Source of the DNA: an uncultured Alphaproteobacteria bacterium
GTDB taxonomy: Bacteria; Pseudomonadota; Alphaproteobacteria; RF32; CAG-239
DNA: 61,441 nucleotides
NCBI GenBank assembly: GCA_944392215.1
Contig: CALXVX010000022.1
Coordinates: forward strand, 1 to 61,441
Reading direction: 5' to 3'
Every line of letters begins with the position of its first letter. The stretch's first letter is position 1. Both the position numbers and the translations under genes were made by a program. A model generated the notes under the pieces. It searched no databases. It saw only the letters and a program-made list of their open reading frames with translations, and had not been told where the DNA came from. Below are positions 9,115 through 18,691 of this stretch, piece by piece.

Positions 9115-9993
9115 TCAAGCCTTCATGCCTTCAATTGTTTTGGCAATTTTTTTAATTGAATTCAATTCTATTTGCCGCACACGCTCTTTAGAAATATTAT
9201 AAAGTTTGCTCAAATCATCAAGTGTCACGGCTTTCTCGAATAATCTGCGCTTAAATAAGATATCTCTTTCGCGTTTATTTAGGCACACAAGAGCCTTATT
9301 AAAAAGTTCACGGCGATATTTCATCGTTTCGGCATAAGCCAAAACCTCTTCTTGATTGGGCTTCGTATCAGCAATAAAATCCATCCACTCACTGCCATTG
9401 TCAGAAGATGAATCAATCAAAATATTAAGTGAGCCATCATGAGATTTCAAGCGCATATTCATATCTGTCACATCTTGCACGCTGACATCCAAAGATTCGG
9501 CAATGCCATTTAGCACCTTTGGAGAAAGCTCTCTATCATCGGTAACATTAAGTTTATTTTTTATTTTTCGCAAATTAAAAAACAATTTTTTTTGTGCAGC
9601 AGTCGTCCCGATTTTAACCAACGACCACGAGTTTAAGATATATTTTTGGATAGAAGCTTTAATCCACCACAAAGCATAAGTTGAAAACCTAAACCCCTTA
9701 TCCGGTTCAAATTTTTCAATAGCATAAAGAAGGCCTATATTTCCCTCAGAAATCATCTCTGCCGCAGATAGACCATAACCTCTGTATTTGGCAACAACTT
9801 TTACTACCAAGCGTAAATGAGAGGTGACCAAAACTTTAGCTATTTCTGGATTTTTTGTTTTCTGATATTGGACGGCCAGATTGTATTCTTCATCCTGAGC
9901 CAAGATGGGATATTGCCTGATTTTTTGCAAATATCTAACCATGTTAAACTCTGGAGAAAAGTCCGCTCCACCAAGATATTGGACATCATCCAT
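9115..9993 (-). CDS. rpoH: RNA polymerase sigma-32 factor
   Basis: RpoH box AQKKLFFNLRK, plus sigma70 regions 2 and 4 (SHLRLVVKVA, ISKERVRQIE). Confidence 0.9.
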   Translation of the reverse strand: MDDVQYLGGADFSPEFNMVRYLQKIRQYPILAQDEEYNLAVQYQKTKNPEIAKVLVTSHLRLVVKVVAKYRGYGLSAAEMISEGNIGLLYAIEKFEPDKGFRFSTYALWWIKASIQKYILNSWSLVKIGTTAAQKKLFFNLRKIKNKLNVTDDRELSPKVLNGIAESLDVSVQDVTDMNMRLKSHDGSLNILIDSSSDNGSEWMDFIADTKPNQEEVLAYAETMKYRRELFNKALVCLNKRERDILFKRRLFEKAVTLDDLSKLYNISKERVRQIELNSIKKIAKTIEGMKA

Positions 9994-10145
9994 GTTCGTT
10001 TCACTCCTGTTTAAGCATTCAGTCGTTCAACGTACGAGTTCCGGTCCTAAAAAAATCGACGCTTATAGGGTCGCGCTAAATTAGCAAAAGCGCAACCTAT
10101 CCTTTAGTATGGTAGGTATTGAGATTTTCTATTTTGAGTTGCTGT

Positions 10146-11117
10146 TCAGATACTATCTAAAACACCCATTAATTGTTTGAAATCTGCTGGAAAATCAGAT
10201 TCAAAAAACATTTGTTTTTGAGTTTTTGGATGAATAAAGCCGAGGCTTTTAGCGTGCAGGGCTTGCCGTGGAAAATTATTAATAAAATCTCTTTTATCCG
10301 AAGGAATGGCCTTATCCGTAATTTTTTTTGCTTTAACATAGAGCTGGTCACCCACAAGATTACACCCGATTCTGCTCATATGCACCCTGATTTGGTGGGT
10401 TCGTCCGGTTTCAAGATTGCATTTAACAAGAGAGGCAACATTCTTGTAATTTTTTATAGTTTGATAGTGCGTCACGGCATGTTTGCCATTTTTTTGCACA
10501 ACGGCCATTTTCTTGCGATCATAAGGACTACGACCTATATCGGCGTCAATTATACCATTAAGCGGGTTTGGCACCCCAAAAACAATGGCAAAATAGGTCC
10601 TTTCAATGGAATGCTCGGCAAACTGAGCGCATAAATGTTGGTGTGCGGCATCATTTTTTGCCACCACCAGAAGGCCTGAGGTGTCCTTATCAATCCGATG
10701 GACAATTCCGGGACGTTTAACCCCGCCGATGCCCGAAAGATCCTTACAGTGATACAACAAGGCATTGACCAAAGTTTTATCTGGAGCACCCGGAGCCGGA
10801 TGCACGGTCATCCCGGCAGGTTTATTCACTACGATAATATCTTCATCTTCATAAACGATATCAAGCGGAAGATCCTGAGGTTGGGGTTCGGCCTCAACCG
10901 CGGGGGGGATAAGAATTTGATAAACATCCCCCTCTTTTACCTTAAAAGAATTGTCACCAATGGTATCTTCGTCACACGTAACATTACCCAAGGCAATAAG
11001 GCGTTGCACTTGGGAACGGGAAACATCGGCAAAACAATCGCTTAAAAACTTATCGATTCTTTTCCCCTTATAATCTTTATTAACCATTGGTGTGGTATAA
11101 ATAAGCGTATCAGACAT
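10146..11117 (-). CDS. rluD: RluA-family 23S rRNA pseudouridine synthase (RluD-like)
   Basis: N-terminal S4 domain (RIDKFLSD...SRSQVQRLI) and catalytic HRIDKDTSGLLVVAK motif. Confidence 0.9.
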   Translation of the reverse strand: MSDTLIYTTPMVNKDYKGKRIDKFLSDCFADVSRSQVQRLIALGNVTCDEDTIGDNSFKVKEGDVYQILIPPAVEAEPQPQDLPLDIVYEDEDIIVVNKPAGMTVHPAPGAPDKTLVNALLYHCKDLSGIGGVKRPGIVHRIDKDTSGLLVVAKNDAAHQHLCAQFAEHSIERTYFAIVFGVPNPLNGIIDADIGRSPYDRKKMAVVQKNGKHAVTHYQTIKNYKNVASLVKCNLETGRTHQIRVHMSRIGCNLVGDQLYVKAKKITDKAIPSDKRDFINNFPRQALHAKSLGFIHPKTQKQMFFESDFPADFKQLMGVLDSI

Positions 11118-11192
11118 TTTTAAGGCCTAAAAAGTTAAAAACTTAAGGCTTATAATAGAGACAAAAAACAAACTTGCAAGCGAGATTTAGGC

Positions 11193-11468
11193 ATGGATAA
11201 ACTCAAACTAATCAAAACCGTCGTTGTTGTTTTAACTTTTTTGCTGGTTTTTGGTATCCTGACAGCATTAGGCAGTGTCTACAAAAAAGTATCAGCCCCG
11301 GCAAAAGAGATTGAAAATGTCAATTTGCAACAACCAACCGGCAGCAGTATAGAAGATTTTAAGGTAGAAAACGGCAAGCTTTATCTTTTGGTCAAATATG
11401 GCGGCGAAAACGACCGTATTTTAGTCATAGAACCAGGCAAAAAAGCGGCAGAAATAAAAATTAATTAA
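11193..11468 (+). CDS. small single-pass membrane protein (DUF6476-like, from memory)
   Basis: N-terminal TM helix and a short beta-rich tail (KLYLLVKYGGENDRILVIEPG). Its position beside rluD/rpoH resembles a small conserved alphaproteobacterial family. Unverified. Confidence 0.4.
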   Translation: MDKLKLIKTVVVVLTFLLVFGILTALGSVYKKVSAPAKEIENVNLQQPTGSSIEDFKVENGKLYLLVKYGGENDRILVIEPGKKAAEIKIN

Positions 11469-11480
11469 AAGGAGGCTGAA

Positions 11481-12329
11481 ATGGCAGAAGCAGATTCTCA
11501 AGACGAATTTGACAGGCTTTTAGACGACTTCATCTCTCAGCAATTGGCTGATGCGGAAGACAATCTCACGGACCTTGCCGAGCTGAAAGAAAGCGGCAAA
11601 CCGGCTCCTCAATACCCCGAAGATGAGGCCGAAATCATTCAAAACCTCTATAAAGAAGAACGCCAGCTATATGACGCCTACCACAATTTTCGCAACGCGA
11701 TAAATGCTATTGCCAAAAATGCCAACATGGAACCGCCGCATTTTGAATTTGGCGCCAGATATATTTACCCTCGTTTTCGCCCCACCAGAACCAAACAACT
11801 CAACCAAGATATTTTCAGTGGTTGGGAGCTATTAGCCATGGCGCAACCGGTCAGACTGTCATCTCTGCCGGCCAACGCCTCGGATGAGCAAATTTTAAAT
11901 TTTGCCGAAAAAACAACCGATGAGAACTTGCAATGCGCTCTAATTTCTTATGTCGAAATCTTAATAGAGCTGGATGGTTGCGAAATTGCCTACAATATGC
12001 GCAAAGCCAAAGCCGAAAAGCGCAAAATAGAAAAAGAGATTTTTGAGGAACACCAACGCCGCAAAGAGCGAATGAAAAAGTATATTGAAGCCATTGAGGC
12101 TCAGCATTTTCCGATAGATGCGGAAAGGCTGGTCAACAACTTTTTCAAAAGCGTGCGTAAAGATCCCGAAGGCGCACAAAAGATATTGGAAACGAATCCT
12201 GCCACCTTTGCGCCCATTCAGGTAGAAAAGATTCCGCCACGCTTTTTTGGGCTTATAAAAACCAAACCGGAAGATGGAATCAGGGTAAATAAAGAAATCG
12301 GAAAGTTTTTGAAGAACTTGAAGGTCTAA
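11481..12329 (+). CDS. hypothetical protein, acidic N-terminus, Lys-rich C-terminus
   Basis: Long uninterrupted ORF with RBS-like aaggagg 9 nt upstream. No recognisable motif. Confidence 0.5.
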   Translation: MAEADSQDEFDRLLDDFISQQLADAEDNLTDLAELKESGKPAPQYPEDEAEIIQNLYKEERQLYDAYHNFRNAINAIAKNANMEPPHFEFGARYIYPRFRPTRTKQLNQDIFSGWELLAMAQPVRLSSLPANASDEQILNFAEKTTDENLQCALISYVEILIELDGCEIAYNMRKAKAEKRKIEKEIFEEHQRRKERMKKYIEAIEAQHFPIDAERLVNNFFKSVRKDPEGAQKILETNPATFAPIQVEKIPPRFFGLIKTKPEDGIRVNKEIGKFLKNLKV

Positions 12330-12407
12330 ATGGTACAAAAATATAGACAAAATTCAAATTTATGATAAGATATAAATAATATACTTTCACAAAGAAGGGA
12401 ATTAACC

Positions 12408-14060
12408 ATGGCAAAAGAATCCACCTCTCCCCGCAAAGAAGCAGAAACAGCCGCCAGAGGCGGAAGAAAAAGCGGAGAAGAAAACACCAGAAGGACAAGA
12501 ACAGAAGCCAATAGAATCTCTGCTTCTACACCAACATCCGGCGCGGGAAGCACGCCTGCCGGCAGTGGAGAAAGCGGCGCAAGCGGCAGTTCCACCCCGC
12601 AGCAAAATGATGGAAATTCTGGGCAAAAACCCGTCACTGTTAATCAAGCAAATCCCCAACCTGAAAAAGAACCGCAAAACAGTGACGACAAAGAAATCAG
12701 CATAGATGAAAACAAGCCTCTCAACGAATTATCCGTTGAAGAACTGAAAGAACGACAGGAAAAAACAACAGACCCAGAAGAAAGACAAAAATATCAAGAA
12801 CTAATTGATCAAAAAAACAAAGCACCTGAAGCCGGAGAAATCAAGAAAACAGATGACCCCGATACTCCAAAAGAAGACGACGATAAATTTGATATTCAAC
12901 AGGGTGATTTTATCGAGTTTTTAATGAAAGACGTTGTTTTAGCCTCCGCCGCCTGGGCCGGCAAAAAAGTTTCCGGCCAAATTGGGCTTTTGACTTATCG
13001 CGGCCTTTCCTGGATGTATCACACCGCAGATGATAAACTATTTACGCCGGCAGGAAAAGAAATCTCAGAAGCCTGGGATAACTTAAAGAAAAACACCAAA
13101 GAAGCCTTTAGAACAGTAGAACAATACCAAGTAAAAGATACCCTAAACGGCAAAGACGATACCACTGATTTTGCTCACGAGGTAATAAAAGAACACAATA
13201 AAGTTATAGATGAGGCCTTAAAAAGCCCCAAAAGGATTGAAGCTTTTGGTCATTTTGCCGAAGCCGTATTCGGCGGAAATTTTGAGGCAGGAAAATACAC
13301 CCAAAATGGTCATCTTGTTTGGTTTGACAAAGAAACCCGCACCACTATTCCGCTTGAAGGAAAGTCCATAGAAAATATAGTCAAAATGGCTCAAGAAACT
13401 TCTAAAGCCATAGATGCTTCAGACAAAACTCCGGAAGAAAAAGCTTCCCTAAAAGAAACAAGAGCAAAAGAATTGGCAATAATTGTCGGAGATTACACCC
13501 TGCTTGAAAGTCAAAAAAACATCTTCATGTCCAACATGGCAACCGCCACACTTTTGCAAATGAAAGCAGAAAATAAAGATTATAAATACTCAAAAGAAGA
13601 TCTTGAGACGATGAAAAACCGCGCCGCCATAACCTTTTTTACCGAACTGAGAAAAATACGGAATGGCCAAAGCCAATTCAAAACTGTTGAAGAATTCTTA
13701 GAAGCCAGCGGCAAAGCTGTCCAAGCTGCATATAAAAATATAGAAAAAGGTCATTATATTGAAAGAGGTAAAATACCTCTTGCCAATGCAGATTTAGTTC
13801 TGCTCAACAACCTCAACACATCGCAATGCCAAGAAAACCCTCAAGATATGATGACAGAAGCTTTGCAATATAGTGAAACCATGAGGAAACTACAAAAAAG
13901 CTATGAAATTGCAACAGATTCCGCAACCGTTGCTGAAGCGACCCAAAAAGCCCACGAGCAAAACACCAATAGGCCAAAAGACAAAGGCAAAACCAGCGAA
14001 GACAGCAGAAAACAGGAGCCCCCTATCAAACCAAAGTTAAATGAGGGAACTTCTCGATGA
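12408..14060 (+). CDS. hypothetical 550-aa protein with disordered N-terminal third
   Basis: Long ORF. Low-complexity S/G/T/P, then a D/E/K-rich N-terminal region, then a helical body and a basic tail (..RPKDKGKTSEDSRKQEPPIKPKLNEGTSR). No recognisable motif. Confidence 0.55.
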   Translation: MAKESTSPRKEAETAARGGRKSGEENTRRTRTEANRISASTPTSGAGSTPAGSGESGASGSSTPQQNDGNSGQKPVTVNQANPQPEKEPQNSDDKEISIDENKPLNELSVEELKERQEKTTDPEERQKYQELIDQKNKAPEAGEIKKTDDPDTPKEDDDKFDIQQGDFIEFLMKDVVLASAAWAGKKVSGQIGLLTYRGLSWMYHTADDKLFTPAGKEISEAWDNLKKNTKEAFRTVEQYQVKDTLNGKDDTTDFAHEVIKEHNKVIDEALKSPKRIEAFGHFAEAVFGGNFEAGKYTQNGHLVWFDKETRTTIPLEGKSIENIVKMAQETSKAIDASDKTPEEKASLKETRAKELAIIVGDYTLLESQKNIFMSNMATATLLQMKAENKDYKYSKEDLETMKNRAAITFFTELRKIRNGQSQFKTVEEFLEASGKAVQAAYKNIEKGHYIERGKIPLANADLVLLNNLNTSQCQENPQDMMTEALQYSETMRKLQKSYEIATDSATVAEATQKAHEQNTNRPKDKGKTSEDSRKQEPPIKPKLNEGTSR

Positions 14061-14545
14061 AAAAAGTCTACAAAATTTTTAGGTTTACCCTCATCGGTTT
14101 TGTTTGGACCTATCTGTTTTTGGTTTTAACCAACCACATAATGTTCCGGTTGTGGAACTTTAACTTTATGTCATTTCGCAGTTGGAACCTGTTTTTTGGT
14201 TTTTTCCATACAGATTGGGCACTGAAAACAAGAGATGATTACATTTTTTTACTAATGCTTTTTGCTCTGCCTTTCTTATGGATTTTAGGCTGGTTAAAAG
14301 TCTTAAAAATAGACTACTTAAGCATTTTTCTTTATCCAATTAATGCTTATAACCACTACATAATCAATAAATATGGCCACGATTCCTCAAGGATTGTTTT
14401 GAAAAACCTAAAGTCCAGCCAAAAAATGATAGAAGAGATAAAAAGCAAAATAGAATCTATAAGACCAGCCAAAACCAAAGAGGTTAGCAACATTCGAGCA
14501 GAAGTGCAAAAACAATTAGAAAAACTAAATCAATCCAAACACTAA
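14057..14545 (+). CDS. two-TM Trp-rich membrane protein (paralogous N-domain, short form)
   Basis: ATGA overlap with the upstream stop. Its N-terminal about 80 aa align without gaps to the N-terminus of the next gene. Confidence 0.55.
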   Translation: MKKVYKIFRFTLIGFVWTYLFLVLTNHIMFRLWNFNFMSFRSWNLFFGFFHTDWALKTRDDYIFLLMLFALPFLWILGWLKVLKIDYLSIFLYPINAYNHYIINKYGHDSSRIVLKNLKSSQKMIEEIKSKIESIRPAKTKEVSNIRAEVQKQLEKLNQSKH

Positions 14546-14604
14546 ACAGTTATTAACCAATTTTGTGCTAAAATGCAAAATAAAAACATTGGAGAGCCAA
14601 GCAT

Positions 14605-15855
14605 TTGAAACCGCTTTTAATTTTAATACGAATAGCCCTTGTTGGTGTTTTCTGGAGCATTTTGTTCTTAGAAGGCGTTCGTGTTATTATGCTCACCAAC
14701 TGGCATTTTGATATTTTACGTCTGGACCACTGGCTGTATGCTTGGAATTTATGGCTTTCCGGTTGGGTTATTGATGACCCTAAAGAATGGGCCTTTATCC
14801 TGATAATCTTGACATTTATTCCTGTTTGGCTAACCGGATGGACTGCCTTAAGTCTTATACATTGGGGAAAAATTTTTGCCAATATTTTGATGATCCCGCT
14901 TAAACTTTTCAATAAAATATTTGAAAAACAAGTAAAAAAAATTGCCTCCACAGCCAGCGTCAAAGTTGTAAAAAAGAAAAAATCATACAAAGAGATCAGG
15001 CCTCGCAGCATCCGCCCTCCCCTAGAGGAAAGTGCGTATACCCTGCCAGCCGACAGAAAAGCAGCATTATCCGGTATTGCCCCTAAAAGCGCACCTATTT
15101 CCAAACCGGCAACCAGCATCACCAAAGAAGTTGATGCCCCGGTTGAATTTAGCCACTCACTATTCAAATTCGATGATGACGACAACAGCGGATTTGATTT
15201 TGATTTATTTGACGATTCTCCTAAAGAAGAAACAAAACAAGAAGCTGTTCCGACAAAAGAAACCAAAAAAACGGATTCTAAATCAGCGCCCAAACAACCG
15301 AAAGATGACAGCCGCAACAAAAATAATTTAAAGAGACCTTCACTCCCCCGTGGCAGTACCAACTCCACTTTTGAAGTTCTCAAACAAAAAGGATATGAAG
15401 TTATCACTGGCGCCACCATAAAAAGTACACTTATAGATTTTATAGGTGTTTCCAGCACCCAAATTTGCCTTTGCTTAAATGATAAGGAGCCGGGAGATTG
15501 GCTGGCTGATGAAGAGCGTTTCAACGATGAGGAGCCTTTGTGGTTTTCTGAAAGTTCACACAGAATTTCTCCTGTCAGAAAAATAGATATTGCTCGCTTA
15601 ATTTTAACCGACAAACTAGCCGAAGCAGAGATGTCCTTCAAAGTAGAAGCCTATGTTATTGAGCAAATTGGCAATATAATCAACGCAGAAGACATGTTTG
15701 ATATTTGGGATGATATGAACATTCATGTCACCAGAATTGACAGAGGAACCCCAAAAGAAATAAAATTATTTAATAAAGCCCTGGAAGAAGCCGAAGGTAA
15801 GATTGATAAGGCCGAATTTGACAAAGTTAGAAAACTAATTCGTAGTATTGCATAA
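14605..15855 (+). CDS. two-TM Trp-rich membrane protein with disordered linker and C-terminal globular domain
   Basis: TTG start with GGAGAG 8 nt upstream. The N-domain is paralogous to 14057-14545. K/D/E-rich linker (FKFDDDDNSGFDFDLFDD), then a C-terminal domain of about 170 aa with no recognised family. Confidence 0.55.
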   Translation: MKPLLILIRIALVGVFWSILFLEGVRVIMLTNWHFDILRLDHWLYAWNLWLSGWVIDDPKEWAFILIILTFIPVWLTGWTALSLIHWGKIFANILMIPLKLFNKIFEKQVKKIASTASVKVVKKKKSYKEIRPRSIRPPLEESAYTLPADRKAALSGIAPKSAPISKPATSITKEVDAPVEFSHSLFKFDDDDNSGFDFDLFDDSPKEETKQEAVPTKETKKTDSKSAPKQPKDDSRNKNNLKRPSLPRGSTNSTFEVLKQKGYEVITGATIKSTLIDFIGVSSTQICLCLNDKEPGDWLADEERFNDEEPLWFSESSHRISPVRKIDIARLILTDKLAEAEMSFKVEAYVIEQIGNIINAEDMFDIWDDMNIHVTRIDRGTPKEIKLFNKALEEAEGKIDKAEFDKVRKLIRSIA

Positions 15856-15867
15856 AAAGAGGAATAG

Positions 15868-18126
15868 ATGGCAGTAGAAAAAAAAGGAGAAGAGTGGGAA
15901 GAATATAACAGTGCCGTTCGCTGGATGGTAATAACTGTTATTATATCCACTCTCATAACCATATTTTTAGCGTTGGTTTCAATGCCTTTAGGATATCTTA
16001 TCGGCACAGGTATTTCAAAAGAAAGCTTAGGGGATGTTTCCCGCTTTTTTGACCTTGTTTTCAATAAGCCAGGCTATCTCTACTCTCGTTACTGGAATTG
16101 GATGAAACAACTTTTTAGCTACCACGGTCCTTTTTCAGTGAGCTTATGGGTTCCTATTTTACCTTTTTTCAGTTTTCCGACAGGTTTAATCATCGGAGCA
16201 GTAACCAATCCCTATAGATTTCAATCAAACATTCATGGCTCTGCCCGCCTGGCGACAGAAAAAGATATCAAAAAAATGGAGCTTTTGGGGTTCGATGGTT
16301 TTTGCCAAGTTGTCGGCAAATTCAACAACAAGCTTTTGCTGTTGAAAGAAACGCTTTCCACGCTTTGTTGCGCACCTCCGGGAACCGGTAAAACTGCGGG
16401 AGTTGTTGTCCCCACAATTTTTCATTCACCGACCTTGAGCATTATCGTAAACGACCCCAAGCCGGAATTGTGTTTTCAAACCTCCGGTGCCAGAGCCAAG
16501 GTTGGTCCGGTTTTTATCATCAACTGGGGTATGGAAGATAATCCAGCCGAAGGCATATATTACCCAAGCTGGAATCCTCTTTCTCCCGGTGCGGTACCGG
16601 CGCCTGGACCTTCCAGAGATATGTATGTAGATTCCATGTGCAAGGTTTTAGTAGAAGACCCCAAAGGAGGAGCAGACCCTCACTGGTCCACCACCGGTCG
16701 TGCGGCCCTAACCGGCTTTATCCACTTTATCGTTTCCAAATGTGAAAAAGCGCGAGCCAATGACTACTTTATCGGCCGAGTTTATGAAGGCAAGTTAGAC
16801 GAAGAAGATAAAAAGGTTCTGGAAGGCTACTATTTGGAAATGAATGATCCTGCAGCCGCCAGAGCTCTTCAAAATTTAAGAAACAACACCCTAAACATAG
16901 ACAACTATTTACCCATTGGTACCTGGGCTTTGTTGCCGGAAAAATGGATTGGGCGAGAAGCCTGCATAGCCATGATTTTGGAGTGGATTACAGAGGCACA
17001 AATTAAACAATCTCAGGATATCAAACGCCGTATGGATGAAGGCGACCAAATGGCGGCCATGGCAGACCCCATGAGAGATTTGTTGGAGGAAGCCATTGAA
17101 GAGGCTCGTAAATTTGGCTACACGCAACGCTGTATCGTTGAGTTGAGCCAGTTAAGCTCCATGCCCGACAAAGAAAGAGGTTCTGTTCTTTCAACCGCTT
17201 TTGCAGGCATCAACATCTTCAAAAACTCCGCCGTAGTGGCCCGCACAAGTTTCAGCGATTTAGCTTTCAAAGATTTACGCGGACTAAAAGACCCCATTAC
17301 CGGAGAATTTAAGCCTATTTCCGTTTATCTTTCGGTAAACCAGGTAGATGCCAGAGCTTTGAGTGTAATTTCAGGAACATTCATTGACCTGATGTCCTCT
17401 TATCTGATAGCAAATCCACCAAAATTTAAGAATCCGACCGACGGCCAGATGGGTCCCTACTCCTGCCTATTTGTACTAGACGAGTTTCCGACCATGCCCA
17501 AACTACGAGCCGTTATCGACGGGCCGGCAGTCGGACGTGGCCAAAAAGTATCATACTTGCTGATTGGCCAAGATTTGGGCCAAATATCCGGTAAATATGG
17601 TAAAGATGATCTCGAAACGGTTATCTCCACAACAGCCTGTAAAGTTATCTTGTCCCAAAACAACGAGCAAACAGCCCAACGTTTCTCTAAGATGATTGGC
17701 AACAAGACTGTTCAAACAACATCTTATTCAAAGAACGAAGGTGGATTCGGTAAAGGCGTAAACCCCTTTGCAAAGAATGTAAGCTACCAATTGCAAGGTG
17801 TTTCGGTTATATCTACAACACAACTCTTAAGCTTGCCAATGCTAAAACAAGTTGTCTTGATGCAAAGTTACATCGACAGACCAATCATGGCAGATTCTCC
17901 TCGTTGGTATTTGGATAAAAAGATGAAAGCCCTGCGCAACCTTCCGCCGGCACCAAATGTTCCTGACTGGATTGTTGCTCAAAGAGAAGATATTAACGAT
18001 GATATGTTAGCCAAGCTGGGCATTGATTATGACCCAAACGAAGATTTTGATGATTCCGAATTTGCAGAAGATGAAGAATACGATGAATCTTCCGAGAACA
18101 AGCCGACAGAACAGACATCTCAATAG
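15868..18126 (+). CDS. type IV secretion coupling protein (VirD4/TraG family ATPase)
   Basis: Two N-terminal TM helices, the HGSARLA motif, Walker A CCAPPGTGKTAGVVVPT followed by IIVNDPKPEL, Walker B-like LFVLDEFP, and an acidic C-terminal tail (DFDDSEFAEDEEYDESSE). Confidence 0.85.
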   Translation: MAVEKKGEEWEEYNSAVRWMVITVIISTLITIFLALVSMPLGYLIGTGISKESLGDVSRFFDLVFNKPGYLYSRYWNWMKQLFSYHGPFSVSLWVPILPFFSFPTGLIIGAVTNPYRFQSNIHGSARLATEKDIKKMELLGFDGFCQVVGKFNNKLLLLKETLSTLCCAPPGTGKTAGVVVPTIFHSPTLSIIVNDPKPELCFQTSGARAKVGPVFIINWGMEDNPAEGIYYPSWNPLSPGAVPAPGPSRDMYVDSMCKVLVEDPKGGADPHWSTTGRAALTGFIHFIVSKCEKARANDYFIGRVYEGKLDEEDKKVLEGYYLEMNDPAAARALQNLRNNTLNIDNYLPIGTWALLPEKWIGREACIAMILEWITEAQIKQSQDIKRRMDEGDQMAAMADPMRDLLEEAIEEARKFGYTQRCIVELSQLSSMPDKERGSVLSTAFAGINIFKNSAVVARTSFSDLAFKDLRGLKDPITGEFKPISVYLSVNQVDARALSVISGTFIDLMSSYLIANPPKFKNPTDGQMGPYSCLFVLDEFPTMPKLRAVIDGPAVGRGQKVSYLLIGQDLGQISGKYGKDDLETVISTTACKVILSQNNEQTAQRFSKMIGNKTVQTTSYSKNEGGFGKGVNPFAKNVSYQLQGVSVISTTQLLSLPMLKQVVLMQSYIDRPIMADSPRWYLDKKMKALRNLPPAPNVPDWIVAQREDINDDMLAKLGIDYDPNEDFDDSEFAEDEEYDESSENKPTEQTSQ

Positions 18127-18136
18127 GAACCAAAAG

Positions 18137-18691
18137 ATGTGGGAATGGTCTAAGTCACGAGAGAAGAATACCGACCAAAAATCCTTAAAAAGCCATTTGG
18201 GGAATCTTCTTTTTTCACCTGAAACACCGTCTTCCGCTCCGAAAATTCCATCTCCTGAACAAATGAAAAATTATCTTGTATCGGAGATAAAAAAAGAGAA
18301 CCTTTCTTGCCTAGAGCTAAAAAAATGCGCTTATCATCCACAAACTTGGGATGAAATGACCAACAGTTCAAAACAGTACCTGAAGATAAGAAAAACCTTT
18401 CTCAAACTAATAGGCTATTCCGCACAAGAAGAATGCAAAAAAATTGGTTTCAACAAAGAAGATATAGAATTATTAAAAAACAAAATCTCGCCGGAAAACT
18501 ACAACACACACATAAAAATCCCGCTTGAGTTTGGCGGAAAGTTAGATATGGATAACCTTTGCCTTATAAAAACTCATCCCCTGCATGATCAAATTCATCA
18601 TCTGATAGAAATTCAAATCAGTTGTGGTTTTTTGCAAAAATATAAATTTATTTACATTCCTTGGTTTGAAGGAAAAATCTACCATGATTAA
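18137..18691 (+). CDS. HNH/His-Me-finger nuclease-like protein (candidate toxin)
   Basis: C-terminal THIKIPLEFGGKLDMDNLCLIKTHPLHDQIHH fits H-x3-P-x3-GG-x5-NL-x5-H-x2-H-x3-HH. The start is taken at ATG 18137, 10 nt after the T4CP stop. Confidence 0.6.
   Translation: MWEWSKSREKNTDQKSLKSHLGNLLFSPETPSSAPKIPSPEQMKNYLVSEIKKENLSCLELKKCAYHPQTWDEMTNSSKQYLKIRKTFLKLIGYSAQEECKKIGFNKEDIELLKNKISPENYNTHIKIPLEFGGKLDMDNLCLIKTHPLHDQIHHLIEIQISCGFLQKYKFIYIPWFEGKIYHD

Noticed and set aside
10173-10634. 153-aa + strand ORF
   Set aside because: It is antisense to rluD. This is a mirror-frame artefact.
12326-12677. Two overlapping minus-strand ORFs (103 and 91 aa)
   Set aside because: They are antisense to the low-complexity N-terminus of the 550-aa gene. 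Their composition (Pro/Ala/Ser/Phe runs) is a by-product of the sense-strand repeats.
14568-15641. 357-aa ORF on the minus strand
   Set aside because: It lies entirely antisense to the 14605-15855 gene. It is Ser/Leu-rich with low-complexity composition typical of a mirror frame of a K/E/D-rich gene. It has no RBS and breaks an otherwise same-strand operon.
14605-15855. DotM/IcmP identity for the membrane protein upstream of the T4CP
   Set aside because: The T4CP is VirD4/TraG-type (HGSARLA, APPGTGKT), not DotL-type. From memory, the membrane protein shows no resemblance to DotM sequence. Only a functional analogy is proposed.
18023-18136. Upstream extension of the HNH-like ORF into the T4CP gene
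   Set aside because: The extension overlaps the T4CP 3' end by 104 nt in another frame. ATG 18137, 10 nt after the T4CP stop, gives normal operon spacing.
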